DNA of 64,000 nt from an uncultured cyanobacterium (GTDB lineage: Bacteria; Cyanobacteriota; Cyanobacteriia; PCC-9006; JAAUQQ01). A program made the translations under genes and the position numbers. The stretch lies in assembly GCA_963718615.1 (NCBI GenBank), contig OY970368.1, forward strand, positions 2,688,001 to 2,752,000, given 5' to 3'. The notes under the pieces were generated by a model. The model was not told where the DNA came from. It did not search any database and saw only the letters and a program-made list of their open reading frames with translations. Positions 10,282-21,982 of this stretch are shown here, in pieces (position 1 is the stretch's first letter; each line of letters starts with the position of its first letter).

Positions 10282-10704
10282 TTAACCGACCCAACCAGAC
10301 TCCAAACCGCGCTCGCTACCCCGATAGGCTACGATATTGTCTTGCGATTCGCGCAGGCCGTTACTGAACCGACCGCTGGCCCGATAGGCGATCGCCTCAA
10401 CGCCTCGCTCACTACCGCGATAGCCCATGGTATCGATGCTGCCCTCAAACCGACCACTGGCCCGATAGGCAATCGTGTTTTCAACATCATGATTAAACCG
10501 ACCACTAGCTCTGTAAGCCACTGCATTACCAGTATCAATTCGGCCTGTAGCTCGATAGGCAACGGACGCAGCTGAATCGGTATTAGGTTTGATTAGAGAC
10601 AGGTTATTGAGGTTTTCCCAAGCCGGAGCTGTGATCACGGTAAGGGCTACTGCGCCAAGCAAGGGGAGGGAAAGAATGCTTTTTGTTGTGCACATAAGGG
10701 ACAT
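10282..10704 (-). CDS. PatX-like exported peptide precursor with six R[AG][ST][GE]R cores
   Basis: N-terminal hydrophobic signal-like segment followed by AYRATGR, AYRASGR, AYRASGR, GYRGSER, AYRASGR, AYRGSER; start 10704 or 10695. Confidence 0.8.
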   Translation of the reverse strand: MSLMCTTKSILSLPLLGAVALTVITAPAWENLNNLSLIKPNTDSAASVAYRATGRIDTGNAVAYRASGRFNHDVENTIAYRASGRFEGSIDTMGYRGSERGVEAIAYRASGRFSNGLRESQDNIVAYRGSERGLESGWVG

Positions 10705-10739
10705 TGGATACCGCGCCAGTAATTGTTCTCAACTACCCC

Positions 10740-10769
10740 TATCTACAAGGCATCTCAGTAATGTCCGGA
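10740..10769 (-). promoter_or_regulatory. DIF1-like promoter TCCGGA-N17-GTAGATA upstream of the PatX-like gene
   Basis: TCCGGA at 10769-10764 and GTAGATA at 10746-10740, 35 nt before the ATG at 10704. Confidence 0.6.
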
Positions 10770-10870
10770 ATGGAAAGTATTTTTTGTGCCAATCAAGAGA
10801 GCATCGCACTTAAGCTATTTTCTAGGCTATCTGTGTTATATTTTTACGCCTACCTCAAGGAAACCCCATC

Positions 10871-10899
10871 AAAAAGCGGACTCCGTTTCCGGAATCCGC
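10871..10899 (-). terminator. rho-independent terminator of chlLN
   Basis: Minus strand GCGGATTCCG-GAAA-CGGAGTCCGC-TTTTT about 50 nt after the chlN stop. Confidence 0.85.
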
Positions 10900-10950
10900 G
10901 ATCGTCGTCTGGCTGGACAGAATCCAGCAACAAGAGGAGAGAGGCAGAGG

Positions 10951-12501
<1,551 letters not shown>

Positions 12502-12507
12502 CTAGAA

Positions 12508-12555
12508 CAAAAGTTGGAGCAAAAAGTTGGAGCAAAAAGTTGGAGCAAAGTTTGG
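12508..12555. repeat. 13-bp tandem repeat CAAAAAGTTGGAG x~3.5 in the chlL-chlN spacer
   Basis: Copies at 12508, 12520, 12533 plus a partial copy at 12546. Confidence 0.85.
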
Positions 12556-12634
12556 CCCTAAATTTGTATCGACTGAGTTCAATAGAGGAGGCCCAATCGA
12601 GCCTAGAGCCAAACTGCTATTGCCGAGCTTTAAT

Positions 12635-13501
12635 TTAGACCATCATCAAATCTAGTTCTTCTGCGGCTGGGGCTTTTTTCTCGCTGGGGGGATTGAGATA
12701 GAAATCAGACAGCAAACTAAAGAGATCGCGGTCGGCAGCATCCTGGGGGACGACCCCTTCAGGCTGAGCTAAAATTTGGTCCGCGATGCTGAGGTAATAG
12801 TCGCAAACGTAATCCAACGAAGGATCCGTCTCTGCCATTTCAAACACCGTTTTCCCCTTGACGCGAGAGACGCGGATATCTTCAATCAGGGGCAAAACTT
12901 CTAGGACCGGCATCGGAACGGCTTCAATATATTTATCAATCAGGTCCCGTTTTGAAGTGCGGTTGCCGATCAAACCAGCTAGCCGTAGCGGATGGGTCCG
13001 GGCCTTTTCGCGCACGGAGGCGGCAATGCGGTTAGCGGCGAAGAGGGCATCAAAACCATTGTCCGTCACGATCATGCAATAGTCGGAATAATTGAGCGGG
13101 GCTGCGAAACCGCCACAGACCACATCACCGAGGACATCAAACAAGATGATGTCGTATTCATCAAAAGCGTTGAGTTCCTTCAGCAACTTGACCGTTTCAC
13201 CGACAACATAGCCGCCACAGCCTGCCCCAGCCGGGGGGCCACCCGCTTCAACGCAGCTCACGCCCCCATAGCCGGGGTAAATCACATCTTCGGGCCAGAT
13301 GTCCTCGTAGTGAAAGTTTTTCTCCTGCAAGGTGTCGATAATCGTCGGAATCAAAAAGCCGGTCAGCGTAAAGGTGCTGTCGTGTTTGGGGTCACAGCCA
13401 ATCTGAAGAACCTTCTTGCCCCGCTTGGCGAGGGCTACGGAGATGTTGCAACTGGTGGTGGATTTGCCGATGCCGCCTTTACCGTAAACCGAAAGTTTCA
13501 T
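12635..13501 (-). CDS. chlL: light-independent protochlorophyllide reductase iron-sulfur ATP-binding protein
   Basis: [48 protein letters not shown]; ATG at 13501. Confidence 0.98.
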   Translation of the reverse strand: MKLSVYGKGGIGKSTTSCNISVALAKRGKKVLQIGCDPKHDSTFTLTGFLIPTIIDTLQEKNFHYEDIWPEDVIYPGYGGVSCVEAGGPPAGAGCGGYVVGETVKLLKELNAFDEYDIILFDVLGDVVCGGFAAPLNYSDYCMIVTDNGFDALFAANRIAASVREKARTHPLRLAGLIGNRTSKRDLIDKYIEAVPMPVLEVLPLIEDIRVSRVKGKTVFEMAETDPSLDYVCDYYLSIADQILAQPEGVVPQDAADRDLFSLLSDFYLNPPSEKKAPAAEELDLMMV

Positions 13502-14125
13502 AGGGTCTCCGAAGTCTTCAATACAGATTGCGATCGCGTTGTCCCCAGCGCCGACTGACCCAGATTCAACAGGCCAAAATTTTGAAAGTGCCGCTCTGCC
13601 AAAGCGACACCTAAATTGCAACTCATTTGCCGGGTTGGTTGCTGATGCCAATTATTGGTCAGATGGCCGGGTCTGGGAAGGCGATCGAAAAACGGACAAG
13701 GTCCTCAAGCGTTGAAAAAAGCACTCAAAAACTTTAATTGGAACTTTCAGGGCTTTGATAACGGCTTAAGCCTTAATTTGATTTTTTTTAAAGTTTTATT
13801 CAACGGATTTATAAAAATCGGATCAATAAGCAAAAAATGGATCAGCGATCGAGGATCCTCGCGATCGCCCCCTATCCCAGCCCTAATCCCAGCTCTAAAC
13901 AACGACTCCGATGGGGGAGAAAGCCACGAAAGCCAATGGGGCCAAAGCGATCGCTTCAGCCCCCTGGGGTTCTATGGATTCCTCATTAACCCGTCAAGCT
14001 CTTGGGACCCCTAGCAAACGCTGATCCCCAAGCCAGCCACAAGCTCTTAGAGGTTATGAGGTTAAAAAAAGTTAAGTTTTAAATTTTGGCTGTATTTGAA
14101 CCTGATTTTGTCGCAGAACTTAAAG

Positions 14126-15340
14126 CTAGGGCTCGTCAAACTCACGCCGGAGCGTTAGCGCAAAGCCTGCTGTCAAAATCGTTAATACCCCCGTAATCCA
14201 AAAGGGAGCCCGATAGCTCAAGCTCACCAATAGTCCACCCGTAGCAGGACCAATGGCATTGGCAATGCTTAAGTAGGACGCATTCAGACCCAGCACTTCG
14301 CCCTGTTGCTTCTGACTGCTCCGCAGCGACAGCAACGTATCCACCAGCGGCATCGGAAAGGAATTGATCGCACCAAAGATTGCCAGGAGAACCCAAAACA
14401 CCGGCAACAGCGGAAACGTTGGCATCAATAAAAAGATCACCCCCCGCAACAGCAGCGCCCCGGCCAGAATATGAACGAGGTCAAATCTGCGCCGTAACGG
14501 TTCGAGGCCCAACACCTGGGCAATAAATCCGAGCATGCCAACGATGGCGAAGGCGATCGCCAAGGTTTTGGCGTTTTGTCCTAAGACATTGAGAAAAAAG
14601 GGCTGGAAGGCAAAGGTAAAAATCGTAAACGTCGCTCCGCTGAGAAACGTCAAGAGAAAGAGGCGACCAAATTTTTTGTCCGTTATCGAGCGAGCCAGCC
14701 GCCCAAAGCCAAAATCGCTCCAGTGCAGCCTGAACACGGGATCGCATTGAACGTGGGTTTCGGGCAGAGCAAAGAGGCAGAGGAGGATGGCGATCGCCGC
14801 AAACCCCGCCGATAGTAAAAAGCCCATCCCCAAGGAAGACACCCCCGGCACGGGTGGGAGCTGCTGGGCCAGATAGCTCAGGGCTGGACCCGCCACAAAC
14901 CCCAGCCGAAAGACCGCCCCAAAAATCCCAAAGGCCTTCGGTCGTTGCTCCAGATCCGTCGTGTCGCTAATTACCGCTCGGGCGATCGAGGTATTGCCCC
15001 CCGTCAGCCCATCCACCACCCGAGCGCAGTAGACCAGCCAGGCGACCGTGGCCAGACTAGCGGTGACATTGGCTAGAACGGTTCCGAGCAAACTGAGGAT
15101 CAGCAACGGTTTTCGACCTAGGCGATCGGAGAGACGACCCAAAACCGGCGTACCGATAAACTGAGAGGCCGCATAGGCCGTCGTCAGCAGGCTGGCTTGA
15201 AAGTCGCTCAGACCAAATTGCTTGGCGAAAGGATAAAGAATCGGAATAATGATTGTGAAACTAACGGAATTGATAAAAGCAATTAGCGTCACAATCCAAA
15301 ACTTGAGCGGAAGGCTCAGGAAACCAGCTTTTGTGTTCAT
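14126..15340 (-). CDS. MFS transporter (TetA/DHA1-like)
   Basis: About 12 TM helices; motif A LGRLSDRLGRKP. Confidence 0.92.
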   Translation of the reverse strand: MNTKAGFLSLPLKFWIVTLIAFINSVSFTIIIPILYPFAKQFGLSDFQASLLTTAYAASQFIGTPVLGRLSDRLGRKPLLILSLLGTVLANVTASLATVAWLVYCARVVDGLTGGNTSIARAVISDTTDLEQRPKAFGIFGAVFRLGFVAGPALSYLAQQLPPVPGVSSLGMGFLLSAGFAAIAILLCLFALPETHVQCDPVFRLHWSDFGFGRLARSITDKKFGRLFLLTFLSGATFTIFTFAFQPFFLNVLGQNAKTLAIAFAIVGMLGFIAQVLGLEPLRRRFDLVHILAGALLLRGVIFLLMPTFPLLPVFWVLLAIFGAINSFPMPLVDTLLSLRSSQKQQGEVLGLNASYLSIANAIGPATGGLLVSLSYRAPFWITGVLTILTAGFALTLRREFDEP

Positions 15341-15410
15341 GCTACCTGCGGTCAGGCGGTGCGCCCTATACTATTTGAAGCTTGCCGTGGTGTTATTTGT
15401 AACTTGATAT

Positions 15411-16892
15411 ATGTCAGATTCTAATGATCGCCCTGAATCAGAGCAGGATTCAGCGCAAAATTCAGAACAGGATTCAGCGCAGAATAACGATAAAGATTTG
15501 AAGGACAAGATTCTCAAGGGAGGACTGTCCTTAGCCGTGCGTCAGATCGTGACCTCAGGGCTATCGTTGGTCAGTATTTTGGTGGTTGCGAGGGTCCTAG
15601 GGCCAGAGCAGTACGGCATTGTAGCCTTTGGCATGGGGATTTTTTACTTCCTCGTTTGGATCAACAAGCTGGGGATTGGCGTCTATGTGACTCGGGTCTC
15701 CGAGCTGTCCGCCGATGCGCCGCGCCAAATCCTAGCGCTATTTAATCAGATTAGCTTGGTTACAGCGGTGGTGTTGTGGGTCTCCGCTCCGGCGATCGCC
15801 GCCTGGACCAAACAGCCCGAAACCCTCTGGGTGGTTCGCTGCCTCGCGCTACCCCTTTGGTTTGAGATGGTGGGAGATGCCTCCATCATGTTGATGTTCC
15901 GGGAGTTGCAGTTTGCCGAGGTGGGGGTCGCGGAGGCGATCGGCCAATTAGCCAACTACGGCTTGGCTATTCCTTTAGTTCTAACCGGCAAAGGCTATTG
16001 GGGACCGATTTGGGGACTCACCTTGCAACAACTCGTCGTCATGGTCATGGTCTGGCGTCATCGACCGATTCCCTGGGGATGGCGCTGGACCAAGGGCTGC
16101 ATTTTTCCGGCCCTACAAGGCGGTCTTGCCTATACGGGGTCTGCATCTCTTCTGTCTTTAAAAGCACTGACGGTCCCCTTACTGGTGACACGCTTAGCCG
16201 GAGTCGAAGCCGCAGGCATCGTCAGTATTGCCGTTCGCTTTGCGGATCAGCTCGCGATTTTGCGCCAAGTCCTGAATCAAATGTCCATTAGCGTATTGTC
16301 CAAATTTATGGGACAACCAGAAAGAATTCGGGCGGCCTTAAGCCAAGGCATGGTCTATCAGGTTTTGCTCGTTGCACCAGCCTGTGCCGTCTTCTCCTGC
16401 TGTGCAGCTTGGCTCATTCCGCTGCTATTTGGGGACGAATGGCTCAGAAGCACTCAAATTTTCCCGATGATCGCAGCGGGTGTGATTCTCTCGACGTTGT
16501 TTGAGTTACACACCAGCACACTCTATGCAGCGGCAAAAAATCGTGAGGTTGCTATTTTTAATGCAACCTATATCAGCCTTCAATGGATTACTGCGTTGAT
16601 TGTCCTTCCCATCGTTGGTATTTGGGGCTATGGCTTTGCTGAGTTAGCGACGATCCCGAGCTACGGTGTCATCCATCGAAGCTTAACAAAGCTTTTTGGT
16701 TCTCCAGACTATAAAAATGCGTTTCTCCTCGTAGCCGCAACCTTTCCTGCACTTTTCGCAGGCCCTTGGATTCCAGTGCCATTGGGCCTGTTGTTGCTCG
16801 CGGTCAGTTATGGCCTTGTATTGCTCATTAGCCCTGAGCTGAAAGCCTTGCCCATGGAGATTCTGAAGATTTGGAAGAGTCGGCACACCTGA
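15411..16892 (+). CDS. oligosaccharide flippase (Wzx/PST family)
   Basis: ARVLGPEQYG motif, many TM helices; 24-bp duplication (SEQDSAQN x2) at the N-terminus. Confidence 0.88.
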   Translation: MSDSNDRPESEQDSAQNSEQDSAQNNDKDLKDKILKGGLSLAVRQIVTSGLSLVSILVVARVLGPEQYGIVAFGMGIFYFLVWINKLGIGVYVTRVSELSADAPRQILALFNQISLVTAVVLWVSAPAIAAWTKQPETLWVVRCLALPLWFEMVGDASIMLMFRELQFAEVGVAEAIGQLANYGLAIPLVLTGKGYWGPIWGLTLQQLVVMVMVWRHRPIPWGWRWTKGCIFPALQGGLAYTGSASLLSLKALTVPLLVTRLAGVEAAGIVSIAVRFADQLAILRQVLNQMSISVLSKFMGQPERIRAALSQGMVYQVLLVAPACAVFSCCAAWLIPLLFGDEWLRSTQIFPMIAAGVILSTLFELHTSTLYAAAKNREVAIFNATYISLQWITALIVLPIVGIWGYGFAELATIPSYGVIHRSLTKLFGSPDYKNAFLLVAATFPALFAGPWIPVPLGLLLLAVSYGLVLLISPELKALPMEILKIWKSRHT

Positions 16893-17323
16893 TGCCTTTG
16901 TCTAAAGCTCAAGCTTCAGAAAAGATGTTGATTTATTAAGCTACAGAGGCAGCAAGTTGAGAGGGAAATTCTAATTTTTACAAAGGTTTGAGGACTGTAC
17001 CCATTTCATCCTGCATAGTTATCATTGTTACTCTTGCTTCAATAGAACTTTATTTTCCAGTAAAGATCGAGATTGCCTGAGACAGGTCCTATGGGCGGCT
17101 TCTAGTTGACAGTGCTAAATTAAATATCTCAGGTCTCGTATTAGAAAACCTAAAGAGGAAGGACTTAAAACTGCCGAGTTATTGCAGCATTAGCCACTGA
17201 TTCAATAAGTTCAGTGATTGTTTCTGCTGTCTGAAATAGTACTACTTCAAAAATTTAATGTGTGCCTATTAAGTACTGCTTTAGTGAGGGCAATTCTTGC
17301 TGTCTTAATTTTTTTGATCAGCC

Positions 17324-18607
17324 ATGAAACTTACTCATATTAATATTGGTCCATCAGCTCGCGAGGGTGGAGGAACCGCAGTAGCCGCAATGCGCTTGCA
17401 CCAGCAATTGCGCAAGTATCAAATAGATTCAAGAATGTTAGTAGGATACATAAACCAATCCTACCCCCAAGTATCGCAGATTTCAAGGCCGAAATGGCTG
17501 CGACCCTTCGAAGGATTAGCACGGCGAGTATTACCCTCACTGGGCTTTAATGAACTGCATAACTTCAGTTCATTTTTTCTGAACCATAATCCGACCATTC
17601 GGCATGCAGATCTCCTTCATTTACACTGTATGCACGAAGGGTATTTTAATACGCTTGCATTGCCTCTATTAACCGCCGAAAAGCCTGCCGTTTATACGAT
17701 GCATGATATTTGGGCATTTACTGGCCATTGCTCTATGGATTTGGGTTGCGATCGCTGGAAAAGAGGGTGTGGAAACTGCCCAGACCTAAGCATTGCTCCA
17801 GCGGTTCGACGGGACACCACCCGACTGGAATGGCGGATGAAACAGTGGGCCTATGAAAATTCTCGTTTATCTATCATTAGTCCAAGCACCTGGATGACCC
17901 AGCAGCTTCAACAAAGCACCTTAAAACATCTACCGATTTATCAAATTCCCCATGGCGTTGACCTCAACTTACTTCAGCCTTACGATCCTCTTTTTTGTCG
18001 GGCGGCATTGAATATTCCAGATCATAAGAAAGTTTTAATGTTTGCGGGTTCTGGCCCTCGAACAAGTTTTTATAAGGGAGGTGATCTCCTCATGAAGGCC
18101 CTGGAACTGCTCCCAAAATCCTTAAAAAACGAACTGGTTTTATTGGTCATGGGGGATGTGGAGCCCTCCTTTGCCAAGGTGCTCGACATCGAGATCTGTC
18201 TGACGGGGACAATTGAGCAAGATAGCCACAAGGCGATCGCCTATTCTGCGGCGGATCTCTTCCTGTTTCCCAGTCGAGCCGAGTCCTTTGGTCTAGTTGC
18301 CCTAGAAAGCCTAGCCTGTATGACCCCTGTGGTCGCCTTTGCCGTAGGTGGGATTCCGGACCTTGTTAGATCTGAACAAACCGGCTATCTCGCCCAACCG
18401 GAAAATCCCAGGGATTTTAAACAGGGAATCCTAGAACTGCTGGAAGATTCTCAATTACGTCACAGGATGGCTCAACAAGCCCGCCGGATGGCAGTCGAAG
18501 AATTTTCGATTGAATTATCCACCCAAAGACATTTGCGGGTCTATGAACAGATTTTGGGGATAAGACCAGAAATAAAGACCCAGCCGACGCCTGTCCCCCA
18601 ATGCTGA
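17324..18607 (+). CDS. glycosyltransferase family 4 (WcaC-like)
   Basis: GG...AA.RLH, T.HD.W.FTGHC, C..CP, ESFGLVALES (EX7E). Confidence 0.92.
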   Translation: MKLTHINIGPSAREGGGTAVAAMRLHQQLRKYQIDSRMLVGYINQSYPQVSQISRPKWLRPFEGLARRVLPSLGFNELHNFSSFFLNHNPTIRHADLLHLHCMHEGYFNTLALPLLTAEKPAVYTMHDIWAFTGHCSMDLGCDRWKRGCGNCPDLSIAPAVRRDTTRLEWRMKQWAYENSRLSIISPSTWMTQQLQQSTLKHLPIYQIPHGVDLNLLQPYDPLFCRAALNIPDHKKVLMFAGSGPRTSFYKGGDLLMKALELLPKSLKNELVLLVMGDVEPSFAKVLDIEICLTGTIEQDSHKAIAYSAADLFLFPSRAESFGLVALESLACMTPVVAFAVGGIPDLVRSEQTGYLAQPENPRDFKQGILELLEDSQLRHRMAQQARRMAVEEFSIELSTQRHLRVYEQILGIRPEIKTQPTPVPQC

Positions 18608-18671
18608 AGATAGCTTTTGGCAGGGACTTTTAGCCTAGATTTTAACTTTGATGATCGTCCACATTGAATGA

Positions 18672-19475
18672 TTGAGGAGCACACGTCTGATGATCATTAA
18701 CAGAGTCCTAGGACGTCTGAAAAGGGATGTGTTCAATCTTTTAGAAAGCGTCAGATTCTATCTATTGCGAATGCGGCTGTTTCGGACCAGTCAGAGACTG
18801 ACTCCTTCCCTCGGAACAGCCTTGGTCGTCGCTCCCCACCAGGATGATGAAAGTTTCGGCTGTGGCGGCTTAATTGCGCTCAAACGCCAGTCTGGCACAG
18901 CGGTAAAGGTCGTGTTTCTGACCGATGGGCAAAAATCCTATGGTTGCGATCGCATTCCCTCATCAGACCTCATCGCTAAACGTCAGCAGGAAGCTTTACA
19001 GGCCCTTGAAACCTTGGGCGTTGACTCGGAGAATGTTGACTTTTTCAATTATCCCGATGGGGAATTGCAGTGTTTAAACCCACTAGCTCGTCAAACCTTA
19101 GTCACATCTCTAACGCAACTGCTGAGGCGTTTTGAGCCCGAAGAAGTCTACGTGACCTATCGTCGCGATGGCCATTCAGACCATGAAGCCGCAGCGCTCT
19201 TGGTGCGGGAGGCGATCGCCCAAGCAACTATCTCTCCCTTGTTATTGGAGTACCCGGTTTGGTCGCTCTATCAACCTACCCAGTTTAAGTTTGATTTACC
19301 CGAGTTTAAGCAGTTGTACCATGTACCGATTCAGGCTGTCCGAGCTCGGAAACAGGCTGCCATTGCTTGCCATCGTTCTCAGTATGTTCCTATTCCACCG
19401 GATACAACAGGAGGATTGCCACGGGGATTTCTACGCCGTTTATCGTCATCCCAGGAGTTTTTTTTCAAAGGCTAG
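18672..19475 (+). CDS. PIG-L/LmbE-family deacetylase
   Basis: APHQDDE, TDG, HSDH, H.SQ motifs; start may be ATG 18690. Confidence 0.92.
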   Translation: MRSTRLMIINRVLGRLKRDVFNLLESVRFYLLRMRLFRTSQRLTPSLGTALVVAPHQDDESFGCGGLIALKRQSGTAVKVVFLTDGQKSYGCDRIPSSDLIAKRQQEALQALETLGVDSENVDFFNYPDGELQCLNPLARQTLVTSLTQLLRRFEPEEVYVTYRRDGHSDHEAAALLVREAIAQATISPLLLEYPVWSLYQPTQFKFDLPEFKQLYHVPIQAVRARKQAAIACHRSQYVPIPPDTTGGLPRGFLRRLSSSQEFFFKG

Positions 19476-19528
19476 GATTAAACGGATTAAACGAGCCTAT
19501 TCAAAGAATAGGATTTGATCAGTCCATA

Positions 19529-20689
19529 TCAGTCAATGTAAGATCTTAGTAGCCGAATCACCGCATCAATCGAAGCAAACGAAGCTGTTTCTTGAGTCGT
19601 GTGATACCCCGTGGTGGGAATTTGTAGGGTCGTCCCACTAATTTTTCCATCGGTGGCCGCAACCAATCGACCTAACTCCGTACGACCAAAGGAGAGGGGC
19701 TTTTTGCGTTCCAGATTTTTAGCCTCAATGTAGGCATCCTTAAAGCTAAAGGTGATGCCCATCTGTTCACATTTTTCAGCAATTTCGTGAGTAATAGGCT
19801 GGGCAAAGACTGCACTAGCGTCCTTACGACGGAGAACAATCTGTTGTTCATCGGCAACCTCGCGACTGGGGTAGGGGCTTGTATCCAACACTAGCAACCG
19901 CTGAGTTTCCAGATTTTGGCGCTGAAACCAAGCCAGGGCGTAGCGCCAACTGCGACCGGCTTCTTCTTGAGCGGTAAAGAGGGCCGTCCCCTGAAAGCCG
20001 CAGCGAAATAGATAAATGAGAATCGCCGCACTCAGAACATTGTCGAGCTGCGCGGAAACGTAGCCATTTTCGAAGTGGAGGCGATCGAGAAATGAAACCG
20101 GCGTACCAGGCTGCAAGAAATCAAGTCCCTCGACTTCAAAAATTAAATTGTTTCGGGCCGGACAGATATAAGTATTTGTGATGCATCCCTGCCCTAAATA
20201 GGTCCCTGTATAGGGTAAATGGGCTTGGACTCGCTGTCCTTGAAAGCGATGTTTGATAGTATGCATCATCTGCTCAGACACCGAATCACCGGTCAATTCT
20301 GACTGATTACTGGCAATAAAAGCGGCGTATTGAAACTCATTCGGTCCGGTACAGAGCAAACCATGGCGATCGATATGGGCCGAAAGAATCAAATCATGGG
20401 GTCGCTCTCCCTGAGCCACCAGCAGTCCTTGATAATGGTTGACCTGAGCTCCGACCTCTTCTAATTCACGCTTGAGCACTCGAAAAAAAGAATCTTCAGT
20501 ACCAACGACCGAGGGTTCTCGAACCAGCAGTTGCAGAATATTGAAGAACTCTTCTATGTCGATAGGCTCGTTTTTTTCATCCTTTGATCTGAGCAGTGGC
20601 TCAGATATTGTTTTTTCTACAACCGTTTGGGCGATCGCAACATCTAAAGGGCTCATAGAGTAAACCTTTGGGTGGAAAGGAAAGACCAA
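19529..20689 (-). CDS. M42/M20-like metallopeptidase
   Basis: SAHIDRH, QLDN, QEEAG, YHT metal-binding motifs; exact start uncertain (ATG 20656 possible). Confidence 0.8.
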   Translation of the reverse strand: MVFPFHPKVYSMSPLDVAIAQTVVEKTISEPLLRSKDEKNEPIDIEEFFNILQLLVREPSVVGTEDSFFRVLKRELEEVGAQVNHYQGLLVAQGERPHDLILSAHIDRHGLLCTGPNEFQYAAFIASNQSELTGDSVSEQMMHTIKHRFQGQRVQAHLPYTGTYLGQGCITNTYICPARNNLIFEVEGLDFLQPGTPVSFLDRLHFENGYVSAQLDNVLSAAILIYLFRCGFQGTALFTAQEEAGRSWRYALAWFQRQNLETQRLLVLDTSPYPSREVADEQQIVLRRKDASAVFAQPITHEIAEKCEQMGITFSFKDAYIEAKNLERKKPLSFGRTELGRLVAATDGKISGTTLQIPTTGYHTTQETASFASIDAVIRLLRSYID

Positions 20690-20867
20690 TACAACAGCAA
20701 TTCACGCATCAAAGTCATCCTTCCGTCAGGCTACCGTGCCACGCAGTCCCTTGCGGTGTGTCCCGATACAGGCGGGAAATCAGTCTTGCATTAAATTTTT
20801 TCCATGGCCTTTTCCGAGGTGAGTACCAAAGCGGAAGGCTACCCACAAGATTGCACTGAAGGTTGCG

Positions 20868-21890
20868 CTAACCGTTACCAAACCCCGCTGGATCAATTTC
20901 ACCCTGACGACAGCCCTGGGCCGCACGGGGGGCAGCCCGCAACAGCGTTTGAATGGGGGTATTAGGTTCGATCTTGCCCCGGAGATTCAGCCATAGCTCA
21001 ACCACCATGATCTCCTTATCTTCATCAATATCCTGGGCACATTTCACTTCGACTTTCTCACCGCTTCCTACACCAAAGGCTTGATCAAATTGGCTGCGAA
21101 TTTCGGTATTTGTGAGTAAGAAATTGATATTATTGGTCAGGAGTTGTTGAACTTCAGAACGATTGATTTGGTCGAGCAGGGCGATCGCCTCTTGAAAGTA
21201 TTCTTCCGGTGTATTGCTATAGCAAGTACCATGCTTATACCATTCATGGCGATGCAAATTTGACGCCACACCAGGCATGCGTTCCGCTAAGGCCGTACGG
21301 GTTTGACGAGAAAGATCCAGTTCGGGAAGCTCAGACCAACGACTCGCCTTGTCCAACTGAATGAGCTTTTGACTGACACCACAATAGGTATTAGTTTCGG
21401 GTTGGGGCCAAAGACCATGCAAAACCAGATGGGAGGCATCGAAGCGATCGCCCGTCTGACTTTGGCATTCGGGTTTATTGGGTTTGGTTTCACAAAAGGA
21501 AGGTTGCCAACTCAGCGCCAGCAGAAAGTCAGCGTTCTTGGAGGTTTGGCCACTGGTTTGGACACTGGTTTGGCCGATGACAGAACTCGCATCAGCCCCT
21601 AACTGACCGCAACTGACGGGTACCCAACGCTCGCTAGGTTTGGCCGCAGCAATGTGCAGGAGATAGTGGGAGGCGTTGTCACGATTTTTGCCCAGCACGG
21701 TATAGCTCATGCCGGACTGAAGCCGAATATTCCCCGGATTCGTCCGCTTTTTAATTGACTGGACCGCCTCACAGGTCTGCTTCGCGACGAATTGGCCCTC
21801 CATCGGCACCAAAGCCTGGGCGGGGGCGGGCCACAGCCATAACGGCCCCAGCAAAATTGCGATTAACAGAACGGATTTTAGTGAATTCAT
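20868..21890 (-). CDS. secreted ribonuclease T2-family protein
   Basis: Signal peptide; LALSWQPSFC, LHGLWP (CAS I), HEWYKHGTC (CAS II). Confidence 0.93.
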   Translation of the reverse strand: MNSLKSVLLIAILLGPLWLWPAPAQALVPMEGQFVAKQTCEAVQSIKKRTNPGNIRLQSGMSYTVLGKNRDNASHYLLHIAAAKPSERWVPVSCGQLGADASSVIGQTSVQTSGQTSKNADFLLALSWQPSFCETKPNKPECQSQTGDRFDASHLVLHGLWPQPETNTYCGVSQKLIQLDKASRWSELPELDLSRQTRTALAERMPGVASNLHRHEWYKHGTCYSNTPEEYFQEAIALLDQINRSEVQQLLTNNINFLLTNTEIRSQFDQAFGVGSGEKVEVKCAQDIDEDKEIMVVELWLNLRGKIEPNTPIQTLLRAAPRAAQGCRQGEIDPAGFGNG

Positions 21891-21982
21891 GAACGATTAA
21901 CTGAGCCGTCTGCTCAACCCGAAGGATTGTCTCAATTCTGTCTAGGGCATAGAACCGCAGGCGTCACCCGCGCGGGCCATTC

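Noticed and set aside
10888-10893. Second TCCGGA upstream of the PatX-like gene
   Set aside because: It lies within the chlN terminator hairpin and is explained by that structure.
13502-14014. N-terminal extension of chlL and ORF 13655-14014
   Set aside because: ChlL homology begins at ATG 13501; the upstream DNA looks like AT-rich promoter sequence with no recognisable protein.
17111-17118. AGTGCTAA, a CIRCE-like half site
   Set aside because: No matching TTAGCACTC arm 9 bp upstream.
20690-20867. Possible riboswitch in the leader of the M42 peptidase
   Set aside because: GC-rich and possibly structured, but I could not match it to guanidine, glutamine or c-di-AMP consensus by eye; an Rfam/Infernal scan would be needed.
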